A stretch of 64,000 nt of DNA. Source: Paragordius varius. Its lineage: Eukaryota; Animalia; Nematomorpha. The notes below the pieces were generated by a model that saw only the letters and a list, made by a program, of their open reading frames with translations, searched no databases and was not told where the DNA came from. Shown piece after piece: positions 28,301 through 39,989 of the stretch. The number at the start of each line of letters is the position of its first letter. The stretch's first letter is position 1. The position numbers and the translations under genes were made by a program. The DNA lies in contig OZ176052.1 in NCBI GenBank assembly GCA_964247055.1, forward strand, positions 8,184,001-8,248,000. The letters are read 5' to 3'.

Positions 28301-31300
28301 CAAGCAATACGCCTTTGAAAACACAACTTGGAATGAATGGAGAAAATTCACCCATTATTAATGGTATAAAACTGTTATTATCGTTGTTTTACCTAACTAA
28401 TATGTTAATTATATATAGTTTTCAGTTTTGGTTTATATGTGCCTAATTCAATATAGAATTAACCATTTTCTATGGTGAAACTACCGTAGTGAGTTATATT
28501 ATATTTAAACTGTTATTTAATCCTAGATAATCTTCGTATAAATATGGCAGCACTGACCGCCGCAGCATATTCAATGGGCAGTACGGTTTTAGACACGAAT
28601 GCTAGAAAAAATGGTGGGATCATTTTTTTAAGTCTTTTGCATTTAATTATCTTTATATTTTGGAATCGAAAGTTTAATAGCTAAATTTCTGGTTAAATAT
28701 ATAAATGATATCATTATAAAATTTACTGAGTTTTTTTAAAATTAAATTGTCATATTTTGATGCATTTAGGGAATAATTGTACGCCGAATTCTTTGGACTC
28801 ATTGGTTGGAAGTATGCAATCGATAAATATCAATAACAACAATAATAATAATAATATTAATGAAGGTATTAATGCAATTAGCCTTAATAGCATTAATTTG
28901 GCGCAATTATACCAACTGCAACATAACCTTACAAGTGGACCTATACTTAGTCCAAGCGAACGTTTAAAACACATTTACTATACTTTCTATATATTTTTCT
29001 TAAATAACAGTTTAAGCAATTTAATTGTTTAAAAAGAATTTTTAACGTTTTTCATCAAATATGCTCCTAATTTTTGAAAGAGCGCTAAATTTAATTATTT
29101 GATAAAATAAGAATCAAAATTGTCTATGTGTATTATTTATTGTTAAAATCATTTGTTCAACATTTATTATTTCATACATTTTCAATACCAAAAACTACAA
29201 ATTTGACTCGCCTAGTTTTATGGATGTCCAAAATTAAAAATATTCATAGATATACTAATTTTTTATTAATATAAAAGACACAGCATATTAACTTAACTTA
29301 TTCGCAAAGCTTTACTTACCTATTATATACCATTTACAATTCAAATTCACACTTGAACAATTCAAATTTACACTAAAATAAATTATGTGTTTTCGGGTTA
29401 ATATAACCATCATTAATATGAAATATTACTGCATAGCTTATTATTTTTTCAGCATTATACTAATTTTAAACAGAATTTTATATTTTAAAAATATTAAAAT
29501 ATAAAGGTAATTTTTAATCTTAAAAAACACATTATAAGGGTGAATTTAAATTGTTCAAGGGTGAGTTTGAACTGTAAATGGTATATTTAGCTTTTTTATA
29601 GCGAAAACATTACCATTTATGACTTAAAATCCTCACAGAAACCGGTACGCCTTCCGAGCTCATGGTTAATGGACAAGTACAAAACCCATTGATTTTAAAT
29701 ACATTTCCTCAACATTTGTTATCTGCGCATCAACAATTCGTACCTCAAGCTTTTCAAAACCCCATTCAATTTTGTAATATGTCATTGGATAATTCTGCAT
29801 TACAAACGCCCAATCAAAGCAACTTAAATACTAATATCAATCATAATAATAATGCTGATAATGGCAATCTTACACTTGGTACCGATTCAATATGGATGAA
29901 TGCTAATGCATTTTGGGCAAATGCTACAAGTTGATTATTACCTATTTTATCTATCACATCTAGTCAATATCCAACTACTAAGTTTTATCTCGGATTCATT
30001 TATTTAATTTGTTTTTTTGATTAAATATTCAAACTTTCTATCTCATTTGAATTATGATTAAAAAATTAAATAACACTATTTTTTATTCTGATATTATATT
30101 AAATAGCCTTCGTATAAATATTATGTAAATAGGGATATAATATTTAAATGTAATACACTTTTTAAAGACATGAAAATATTTTTAATTTCAGTTAAATAAA
30201 TAGGCGATGTCCTAATGTTGTTGTTGTTTAACATTAAGCATTGATGGTGCCTCATCGTAAGCTATCCAACTTTAAAAACAATAATTTAGGGATGTTTTAA
30301 TATGTTTTCTTCATATGCCTTAAAATTTTTGCTTGAAAAGTTTTAACTCAAATAAAATTATTTCTAGATTCTGCGCTTTTCCACAAATTATCAAATGCGA
30401 ATTTTTTAATGTCACCAAATTCGTTTCCGAAAACAGGCGAGGAGCATAAATTAATGCAATATTTAAGTCCATCAGCATCTGTTTCGTTAATGGCTAATTG
30501 GGGAAAAAGTCATAAAAAGTAATCTAACTTATAATTTGTTAAACTAATGCGTTATAAACTTGAAAGACTGTTACGATATCCCGAAATTAGTTAAATAATA
30601 AAAGAGATATATATAAATAAATGTAATAGGGAATATCATAATAGCAGCCAACCAAAAAGTAAATTGTTGGAGGATTTCCGTAACAATCGGTTTGCCAATT
30701 TGCAATTGACAGATCTTTCGAATCACATTGTGGAATTTTCTCAAGACCAACATGGATCAAGGTATGTTTGACATCATTATATAATGACTAAATTAATTAG
30801 CTTTTAAAATATCGAAAGTAAAATTTAATGAAATTCCATGGTATATCGATACGAAAATATATGCAATTATCCGTTCTTTTATCAAAATTCAAATCATTAA
30901 ATTAGATTTATACAGCAAAAGCTGGAACGAGCCAATGAATCTGAATCGACTTTGGTATTTGATGAAATTATACCCAATGTTCAAAATCTTATGACCGATG
31001 TCTTCGGGAATTATGTCATACAAAAATTTTTTGAGTTTGGTTTACCTAAACATAAGAGCGTGCTTGCTGCAAAAATTAAAAGTAATGTGGTTACTTTGTC
31101 ACTTCAAATGTATGGGTGTCGAGTCATACAAAAGGCTATTGAATGCATTGATCAAGAAGATCAGGTTTAGTTTTATATACAATTATTGATAATTTAATTT
31201 ATATTTTGCAGAAAAGTTTTTTGCATGATCAATATAGGGGTGGTAAAGCAATATTTAACATTAAAATTGTATAATATATTATATAGATGGATATTTTGGC

Positions 31301-32807
31301 CGAACTTCATGGGCATGTTTTACAATGCGTTAAAGATCAAAATGGGAATCATGTTGTTCAAAAATGTATTGAATGTATTGATCCTAAGTCCTTAAATTTT
31401 ATTATTGAAGCTTTTAAAGAACAGGTAATTAATTATATTTGCACATGTTTAAAAACGATCTAATATATAATATAATAAAATTAAAATCCACCTACGTATG
31501 TTATTTCATTATTAAATACCACAAACTATTAGTCTTTCTGAGATTACGTAAAGCCACTTTTATAGTTTTTTATTAATGCCAACCCACACTGTAAACGAAA
31601 TCGTTCATAGCTATACTATATCATGCCAATTTTTATTATCCCATTTTTAAAGGTTTATCCACTCTCAATACATCCATATGGATGCCGAGTTATACAGCGC
31701 CTTTTAGAGCATTGCTCCACCGAACAAGTAGCACCCTTGTTGGAGGAAATGTTTGCTGCAATCGAACCCTTAGTCTTGGATCAGTATGGAAATTATGTTA
31801 TACAGCATATACTGGAACACGGTTTACCCGAACAAAAAAATATTATTGTGGATGCGCTTAAGGGTAATTTCATAGCACTAAGTCAACACAAATTTGCTAG
31901 TAACGTTGTTGAGAAATGTGTAATAAATGCGACAGAAAAACAACGAGCCGATATTATCGATGAGATTTGCTTGTCTTATCAAGACATGAAAAGCGCCAAA
32001 CCCAATGTTAATAGCGGCAACAATTTGAGCCTATTTAATCAAGCATCAAACAGTAGCGCAGTTGTACCCCTTATAACAATGATAAAGGATCAATTTGCCA
32101 ACTATGTCGTACAAAAAATACTTGAAACAGCTAATGAAACTCAACGAAAAACTATTTTGCAAACGTTGAGACCTCATTTACATACTCTTCGGAAATATAC
32201 GTATGGAAAACATGTTTTAAGCCGACTTGAAAAATATTTGGTGACATCCGCGTCCACTTTTGCACCATTACCGTCACATCATGGAGCCATGAATGGTTGT
32301 ACAGTGTTTAATGAGTGTGATAATATTATTAATATTATTACTTCGAATCAGATATCGAATGGTTTGCACACTATAATTAACGATGGAACCATTGTTGTAA
32401 GCAGTTACAAGAATGTGACCAATGCGAATATAATAAATGCCAACAACTTCAAAAATGATATTAACGAGGTTAGGCACAACAATAATACTTTTATAAATGT
32501 TGAGAAGTTGGATCCTAAAATGGAGATTAATGCAGTAAATAATCATGTTTCTCTATCAAAAAGGCAAAATGGATGTGTGAATGGAGGACATTTGACTCCC
32601 AGTAAATTGTGTCATGATGATATGATGGCTCTGTATCAATGTCCAACGCTAGAAAATACCATCCTTGTTAATAATACTGAATACCCATCTGCCTCAGCTA
32701 ATACTTTTAGCTCGAATGTTTCAAAAAATGTCGGAGAAAGCGAGCAATCTTGCCTCGGAATAACGTTTGGTGGAATGTTCCCCGATATAGGAATTACACC
32801 TCATTAG
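13330..32807 (+). CDS. pum: Pumilio (PUF RNA-binding repressor), about 1755 aa. Exons 13330-13539, 19346-19411, 22267-22576, 25124-25299, 25379-25461, 25531-26881, 26981-27194, 27717-27902, 28097-28363, 28527-28613, 28770-28961, 29639-29929, 30368-30518, 30630-30761, 30906-31164, 31287-31424, 31653-32807
   Basis: N-terminal Pumilio motifs [17 protein letters not shown]...[15 protein letters not shown] and DVSMAEYVL; eight PUF repeats (SRFIQ, NYVIQ, CRVIQ, NHVVQ, CRVIQ, NYVIQ, SNVVE, NYVVQ). All exon phases are mutually consistent. Low-complexity middle exons are less certain than the PUF domain. Confidence 0.9.
14900..15650. repeat. Internal fragment of the CAC...GTG family; ends approximate
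   Basis: AAACTTGGATACAAC...AATTGAAACCAT...GATGTACCGA block shared with about 40330-40500 and 50710-50880. Confidence 0.55.
18535..19040. mobile_element. piggyBac-like non-autonomous element (506 bp) with TTAA TSD
   Basis: TTAA at 18531-18534 and 19041-19044; subterminal inverted ATGACATTTTGGGG; homologous to 56478-56981. Confidence 0.7.
21480..21870 (+). pseudogene. Highly degraded RTE-like reverse transcriptase fragment in pumilio intron 2
   Basis: [24 protein letters not shown] resembles INNLRFADDTVL...LQELID, followed by FNLRKTK-like and MYGC-like remnants. Confidence 0.4.
22737..22980. mobile_element. hAT-type MITE (244 bp)
   Basis: CAGGGATGTCCA ... CAACACTCCTG; flanks GTCTAGAG and GGCTAGAG (7/8). 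Body shared with 24589-24855, about 55960-56245 and about 62038-62295. Confidence 0.65.
24589..24855. mobile_element. hAT-type MITE (267 bp), same family, opposite orientation
   Basis: Exact 8-bp TSD TACTAGAT at 24581-24588 and 24856-24863; right end ...GATACCCCTG. Confidence 0.75.
25462..25530 (+). other. Probable GC-AG intron (69 nt) in pumilio
   Basis: G|GCAAGT donor; the only phase-2 donor seen that joins exon 25379-25461 to the phase-2 acceptor at 25530. Confidence 0.65.
29328..29583. mobile_element. Short foldback element, family B (21-bp unit TTGAACAATTCAAATTCACCC), in a pumilio intron
   Basis: Termini TACCATTTAC / GTAAATGGTA, each flanked by TA; 2-3 units per arm. Confidence 0.75.
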
Positions 32808-34992
32808 CAATTTTAATTAAAACAAAATAAAATTTCATGGGCAAAAAACATTACAATATCTTTAAATGGACGTCAAAATTTACCCTTGTCTCTTTTATCA
32901 GACGATATATCTTACCAACTCTTTACTGTATTTAATGTTTTCCACCTTTAATGATTTGATTAATTAAAGGTTTTAATGATTTTTTAGTTATATTTTTAAC
33001 CAGTTTATATTTTTAATGATTTTGTACACAATTGTATTTATTCTTTAATCTTGTTTTTACTTAAAAGAATACTGTCAACATGATATATCCTTTCATTTTT
33101 AGTCATAATTACAAAAATCATCAAATATAAAATTTTCAAAGTATGGTTTACATTGGCTCATTTATAGCAACCAATATCTTTTATTTTTTTGTGTAACTTC
33201 CTTTGTTTAACACAAATATAACTATTTGTATCGTGTCTGTTATCAGCCACTCGATTCAAGTGTATTTATCAAATATGTTAAAAAGTGATATCAATCCAAA
33301 GGTTTTTCCAAAGACTAATATTCTCATCATGTATTTGGTGCTAGAAAACAACTGTAAAACCTTAAAAACTTTTTGAAAGTACCTGCATGCATCAAAAAAT
33401 TACAACTCAATGATATTGCACAAAGTATTCCTCTTCAAAATATATTTTACAAATAATCCTTGCATATAATTTGACAAAAAATATCACAACCCATCGATAA
33501 TTTTGCTCCTATCTATAATGATAATTTAGATTTTCGATTTAAAAAAAGCAAGTGTGATTACAATAGATGTTGGACCCAAAATATCAAATACAAAAAATTG
33601 TAACAAAATCAAAATTCCAATCTTTATTGGCATTTATATATTTTTGACCTGTGGTTTATATAATTAATATATCATTGCTACAAAACACATCATCATTTAT
33701 CAAATATTTTATATGTATTTGTAAAAATCAATTATCCAAAATGATTTTTCTCACATTTTTTGATACTTTTTTTATCCGTTTATATGTAATCAATAATTTA
33801 AGGTTTAAAAAAATGTTTATAAAATTACTTAATTATTTTACCGTCATATTTAGTTTCGAAAGTTATATCGTACGATATTACGAAAAAAGCACAAGGCTAT
33901 TTTAAATTATATCAATGTTTTTTAAGTTACAAAAAGTCCTTTATATGTTTTAAAACATATCAATTTGGTAATATCATGGCTTATTATACATCATAATAGT
34001 TAAAGTCATTCTTATATATATTTCTAAGTTTTATCATTATTTAATTAGGTAAATATATTGCATTAAAAATGATGGATATTTTAGTTTCGTCAAATTATTT
34101 AATCACAAATCTAAATCAAAATTGTATTTTTATATATAAATATACCTAAATTGTAAAATGTAACAAAAAATATTTTGCACACAACTGTATAAAAAATATA
34201 AATTTGTACATTTACGAATTTTAATTATATATTATCATCTATCATCTAAATTACATCATTTTATTTTTTGGTAAAATAATATATTAATTGTAATTAAACA
34301 TATATAGCAGATCAACTCAATGTGGACAAATTTTAGTTTCAATAAATATATGCTTTCTAATTCATTATTTCTCTATCACCTGCATTTGTTTGGAGAAAAG
34401 CTCTAAACTTACGCTATTATAAAAAAATTTTTTTGGCATATTAAAGGATATGAAATTCAGTAAATGTGAGGAAAGCTACTGTTTCTTTTCATTTATATCG
34501 GTATTGTTCAACTTTCTGAGCGTTTAGGTAAGAGCACGCGCTTGATCAAAAATTTGACTAGCCTCACATATATTTAACATGTATGGAAGCAAAACTCTAA
34601 TATAGTTAAAATTGTCTTACATATAATTTTTTAGATATTAACAAACGTATCAAAAGGCGTATTATATATTGAAATGTCGCTATGATATTATAAATATACA
34701 AGCTGTGCCTTGTGGCGTCTCGCTGTACTTATAAGGGTTGATATATTTTTTGACAATAAACTGGGGACAAAAACACTGGTGCAAAAAAGATTAATAGACA
34801 ATTTAATTCTTAATTTCATCATCCTTCTACTGGTTCTTCTTTTGTTCAATTTATCCAAATTGGTGCGGCTCGGGTTTATGCGTAAAGTGACCAGATTTTT
34901 TGAAGAAAAAAGCGGGACAAATCTGAGAAAGGGGGGCATGGGGGGTCCAACCAAAAATTTTTATAAAAAAAATTTATTGTAATATTTATTTA

Positions 34993-36046
34993 TACCATTT
35001 CCCAGTCTAAATAAACGTTTTCCCAGTCAATCGAAACATTTTCCCAATCAATCGAAACGTTTTCCCAGTCAATCGAAACGTTTTCCCAGTCAATCGAAAC
35101 ATTTTCCCAGTCAATCGAAACATTTTCCCAGTCAATCGAAACGTTTTCCTAGCCAATCGTAACATTTTCCCAGTCAATCCAAACGTTTTCCCAGTCAATA
35201 AAAACATTTTCCCAATCAATAAAAACGTTTTCCCAGTCAATAAAAACGGTTTTATTTTTGATGGTAAATATTAAAACAAGACATAAAATTAACATTTAAC
35301 CATTATCAGGGTAATATTAGGATATTATTTTTCATGAAAAAACAATTATTGAATTGTAATTTGAGATGTTATTAAGATTTTTTTATTATATTAATGGTTC
35401 GCATTAATATTTACCGAACCCTTCAAAATTTAAAACATGTCAAGTTTTTCCATAAAAATACTGTCGGAAAAAATATCTAAATTTAAAAATATTTAATAAG
35501 ATATTTGACTAAAACAGAGGTGTCCAAATGGCTTCGCGGGCCACATTACTCAAACACGGCGTTCCGCATTCGATATATTACATAAATAATTTTTCGATTA
35601 GACATAAGACTGTAAAATACAAAAATTTAGCAATTTTTTTAATTTGTTACCAATTTACTAGCCTCATTCAGAGTAATTCGTAAGAAATATGAATATTACT
35701 AAGATTTTGTGGGCATATTTTTATGGATTTCTAAATATTCGGTTTCTATAAAAAAATAATGTCATATTACGCTGATAATGGTTAAAAGTTATTTTTATGT
35801 CTTGTTTTGATATTTACCATCAAAAATAAAACCGTTTTTATTGATTGGGAAAACGTTTTTATTGATTGGGAAAATGTTTTTATTGACTGGGAAAACGTTT
35901 GGATTGACTGGGAAAATGTTTCGATTGACTGGGAAAATGTTTCGATTGGCTGGGAAAACGTTTCGATTGACTGGGAAAACGTTTCGATTGACTGGGAAAA
36001 CGTTTCGATTGACTGGGAAAATGTTTCGATTGACTGGGAAATGGTA
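34993..36046. mobile_element. Foldback element, family A: TIRs of about 330 bp, each holding about 10-12 copies of the 21-bp unit GTTTTCCCAGTCAATCGAAAC
   Basis: Termini TACCATTTCCCAGTC / GACTGGGAAATGGTA flanked by TA; arrays at about 34998-35245 and 35836-36040 in opposite orientation; a hAT-MITE fragment begins at 35515 in the spacer. Confidence 0.85.
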
Positions 36047-36084
36047 TATTTTTAACACAAATACATTATAAATATTTATAAATA

Positions 36085-36504
36085 CTAGCGTAAATCTCGT
36101 GCTGCTACGCAGCCCGAGGAAGTCCTTCGGACTTCTGGGGGGTGGAAAAATGGCATTTTAAAGGGGGGCGGGTAAAAAAGGGGACTAATTTAAAAAACGA
36201 GACGACTATGTTCGGCGCAATCGAAAATAAGTAAACAAAAATCATATTTGAAATTGAATGATCCAACACGTTCACCGCAAATTGCGTCAAAAACACGATT
36301 TTTGTGGACTTCTGTTTACAAAAAAAACCCCGTTTCTCACACGGGGTGGGCCCTAACTGAGGGCCTATTTCAAAAAAAGGGTGAAGCTATTGTCGGGACT
36401 TTATTAATGATTATATTTTTTCGATATTTGGATTTGATTGGGTCTACCGGTTTTCCGGTACCAGATCACAAAGCCAGCATTTTCCATTTTTATAAATATA
36501 TAGA
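36085..36504 (-). mobile_element. Short non-autonomous Helitron (420 bp)
   Basis: On the minus strand: A|TCTATATATTTATAAAAATGGAAAATGCTGGCTTTGTGATC (matches 9552 onward), hairpin CGGGCTGC-GTA-GCAGCACG, then CTAG|T. Confidence 0.8.
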
Positions 36505-38282
36505 TTTTATTTTTTGGTATATTTTTTTATTTGAGGGAATGCGTTTTAGCAGATTGTCATCCTTTTTTAAAAGTATGGCCTTTAAAGTTTCGACATGTAA
36601 ATTTGATTTTTCCGATGTCCACACCTGATTTAGTGTGGAAAAAACGCGCTCAGTAGCAGCGTTGGTTTTAGGTAAAGATAGTGCCAATTCCACAATTTTT
36701 AAAATATGGAACATACTTTGTTTCAAAATGATGAAATATTTCTAACAATTTCTTATCTACTGTATTTTTTGTAGTCCATAATTTAAGTTTGTCATTATTA
36801 ATATATATTTTTAACTCTTCAGAAAAAGGATCATTTTCTGAAAGATTACTTTTTGGGAATTTTCGGAAGATGCAGATGTAGTCAAATGATTTTTAATCAT
36901 CGCACCAATTAAATTCTGGTTTTAATGATATCCAATGATCATTGGCACCGTCCAGTCTTCCAAATAATCTTTCCAGTTTGTATAAAACATTTTTATATGG
37001 TACAGGATATCTTGGCGATTTATTAAGCTTTGTTTTTCTAAATTATTTATTATATTGCGGATGGTTAATGGTATAAAATTATTTTCTAACCGTTCTTTAC
37101 ATTGGAATTTTAGGTTACCAACTTCATTGGCTCTTTGATTGCTAAAATTTTGTCACCTACCAATTCAATAATATTTTGAAAGAGAGAAGCTTGCTTATGT
37201 AGGAATAACTATATTTTCGAAGAATCACTTTCAATAAACTTTTCGAAAGTTGTAGGACATTTGTCCTGTGATAAAAATAGGATATTAAAGGATCATACAT
37301 TATAAAATTCTTTCAATAGCTGGCAGAAGAGCTAACCAACGAGTTTTACAATATCCAAGCCTTTTTTGATAATAACCTCTGCATTTTCACAGATTAAGCG
37401 TTTCAACGCGTACCGTGTATATATAAAAATAGGAATGTATTTTAACAACTACATTTTCCATATCTAGGGATATCAAATCAGCAGCTTTTTGAATAGCGTT
37501 GTGTAATATATGTGCACACCCAGCGCCAATAATGTTTTGATTAAGATTATCTGCTAATTTATGAAAAATATTTTTGTTCCCCTTCTTGCTTTTCCACCGA
37601 AGTTCGTATTGGTGTTGTCAGCGCAATATGCGATGATTTGGTTTTTTAAATTATTTTTTTCTAGAATATTCATTATTGAAGTAAAAATTATGTCGGAATT
37701 TTCACCGAGAGAAATAAAACTAAAATTTAATTTCTACTCCGGTTTCTGGATAAAAATATCTTATTAAAGTGGAAATAATTTTGTTTCCATGTGATTTGAT
37801 GCAGCAGAGTATAGCGATGTGAAATTAATTTTCAGCAAATCTTTTTGTATTTCAGAAAATGCATGTGGCGAAAGGACATTGCACACAATGACTTCAGCCT
37901 TTGTGCGGGCACATGTAAATTTTTTATTGAATAAGGTGCCAATAATCTGTGAGGTACAATCCATAGATCTAAAGGAATGATTGTGATTAACCGCGTGAAA
38001 AGATAAAACGCCTTCGGCTAGTGCTAAATTCTTTTCTTCCTAATCAAAAGCGGTTTTTCGATAAAAATCGCTCATTTTGTAAGAGGATGCCGCCACATCT
38101 AAACAATTTTTATGTTTCTATGTTTTCATATGCTTTGTAATATCATGCTTGCCGCCATGTGCTAGGGTGAATTCCCCCTCGCATAAAGAACATTTAATAA
38201 ATGATTCATTCTTCGTTTTTTTGAAAAAATGAAATTCTTTGATTAATTCATTGTTGAATTAATAACCTCTTTTTGTACTCAT
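36505..38282 (-). pseudogene. Near-full-length but inactivated hAT transposase
   Basis: ATG at 38282; C..C...HGG..D...H...KH finger, ASNH..KLFP, GCAHILHN, KTRWLALLPAIER and the dimerisation motif TNAATERVFS; several stops and frameshifts. Confidence 0.85.
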
Positions 38283-39989
38283 ATTTTTTTACTAATATTA
38301 GTTAAAAAAAATATTACCTTAATTTTATGGAGTAAACGTATAAGCTACCGATTTTTGGTATTAATTTGTCTTTTTGATAAGGTTGGCAGGTAATATAACT
38401 AAAATATTAGTATAAAAGTAAATTTTATTACCTTAATTTTTTGAAGTTATATAAGCTACCGATTTGTGGTATTAATTAGTCTTTTTAATAATGTTGGTAG
38501 TAAGAGTAGATGATCTAAATTTGAAAAAAATAATAAAAAATTGTAATTTAAAATTGATATAGATTTTAAAGATAACTAAAATGATAAAAAATTTAAACGA
38601 ATAAAAAAAATAAATTTTTAATAAAAAACTTAAATGTATTTAAAAAAAATTATTTTTTATATAATCTTGAAAAAGCGGGCCATTTCAAAAACGTAGCGGG
38701 ACGCGGGACAAAGTGTGAAAAAGCGGGACGTCTGGTTACCTTATTTATGCGGAAGAATCCGTGAGACTATAGAGGACTTTTTGCGAGGAAGCACATATTT
38801 ATATTATATTTATGATAAAAAAACTTGTATTTGTGCAATTATGATTTTTTAGAATAGGAGTGGTTGCGCCCAAGCACTACCTTATAAATAGAGGCAAGGA
38901 ACATTTATAATGTGTACCCGGGCATTTATGAATTAATATTGGCCTAAAGATTTTTAGAAAAGTGTCTCTGAACACCCTGAATTTACTATTTTCAAACATG
39001 GTGATATTTACGGGTATTAATTCTTTTGCCCAATGCATTCTATGGGCGATTTCACGCTTTATAATTTAGCACAACGACAATATTTGATTTTGATTCAATC
39101 AAAAAGGGTGTATTTTTGATCATATTTTATTTTTAATATTTTGGTCAATTTATTAATAACTTTTGAAGGAAAAAATTATTTTATGCCTTATGTTAATGGC
39201 ATTTTTTGGATTCCAAGAGACAAAAAATTTGCTTTATATTAATTTTTATATTACTATATGATTTAGTTACAACATAAATTTTTTTAAGGGATGATGTTTT
39301 AACTTAACTATTTTTTATTACGCGTCGACCTGAATCAGTCTAAACGATAGAGTTTGTATTGAAAGCAAGACTTTGTCAAATGCATTTTCAAACAAAACGT
39401 AAATGACTATTATTGAAATAAAATGGAATCGCAGGTTTTCCGAATATTATTTAAAATTATGATTTTTTGGCTCAGCAGGGTTTATTACACAATTTTAACT
39501 AAAATATGCCCCCTCATATAGTTACATTGCAGTATTCCGGAAGACATGCCATTCAAATTTATTGACCACCATTTACATTTCCATCATCAACGCTTTTATT
39601 CATAAATTGTTGTTGTTTCGACGAAAACGCAGCGCATGACAAGGTATAGCCGGTCAATAGAATCGAGTATAATAATATTGGTTATTTGCTTTAATTGTGG
39701 AGTATCTTTTAAAAATAACTAAAAGAAATTGATAATCCACTGTTTAATAACTAAAATTTAGCAAAGAAATTACAGGTTACTTTGGAAAAAAGACATCATA
39801 ATCTCAATCATTTAGTTTATATATCAAAATTATTAAATATAATTTAGCGTTTTTTTTTATTTTTTATTAAACATTATATAATATTTTATTTTCGATGTGG
39901 GCGAGATTCTCAAATTTTTACCACAATCGGCAAGTCTCTTGTTATTAACGCAATAATGCCGAGATTTTGCGAAGACATATTTAATATAT

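Larger units (their letters stand above)
34883..38743 (-). mobile_element. hAT DNA transposon (Blackjack-like termini), 3861 bp, carrying nested insertions
   Basis: TIRs TAAAGTGACCAGA / TCTGGTTACCTTA (11/13); exact TSD TTTATGCG at 34875-34882 and 38744-38751; subterminal GCGGGAC repeats. Confidence 0.9.

Noticed and set aside
31972-31992. 21-nt GT...AG in the PUF R7-R8 insertion as another hidden micro-intron
   Set aside because: Poor donor (GTCTTA), purine-rich 3' end, unlike the supported micro-introns, and it would remove only 7 of about 24 extra residues.
32808-34400. Pumilio autoregulation through PBEs in its own 3' UTR
   Set aside because: No perfect TGTA(A/C/T)ATA found by eye; only near-matches (for example TGTACACA, TGTACATT) expected at this AT content. 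The single TGTATATA after CLPTM1 (47731) is also chance-level.
35007-36071. ORFs with 7-aa repeats (TGKTFRL, IDWENVS, FPVNRNV), and the arrays as a CRISPR
   Set aside because: They are readings of a 21-bp tandem unit in inverted arms; there are no spacers, no cas genes, and the context is eukaryotic.
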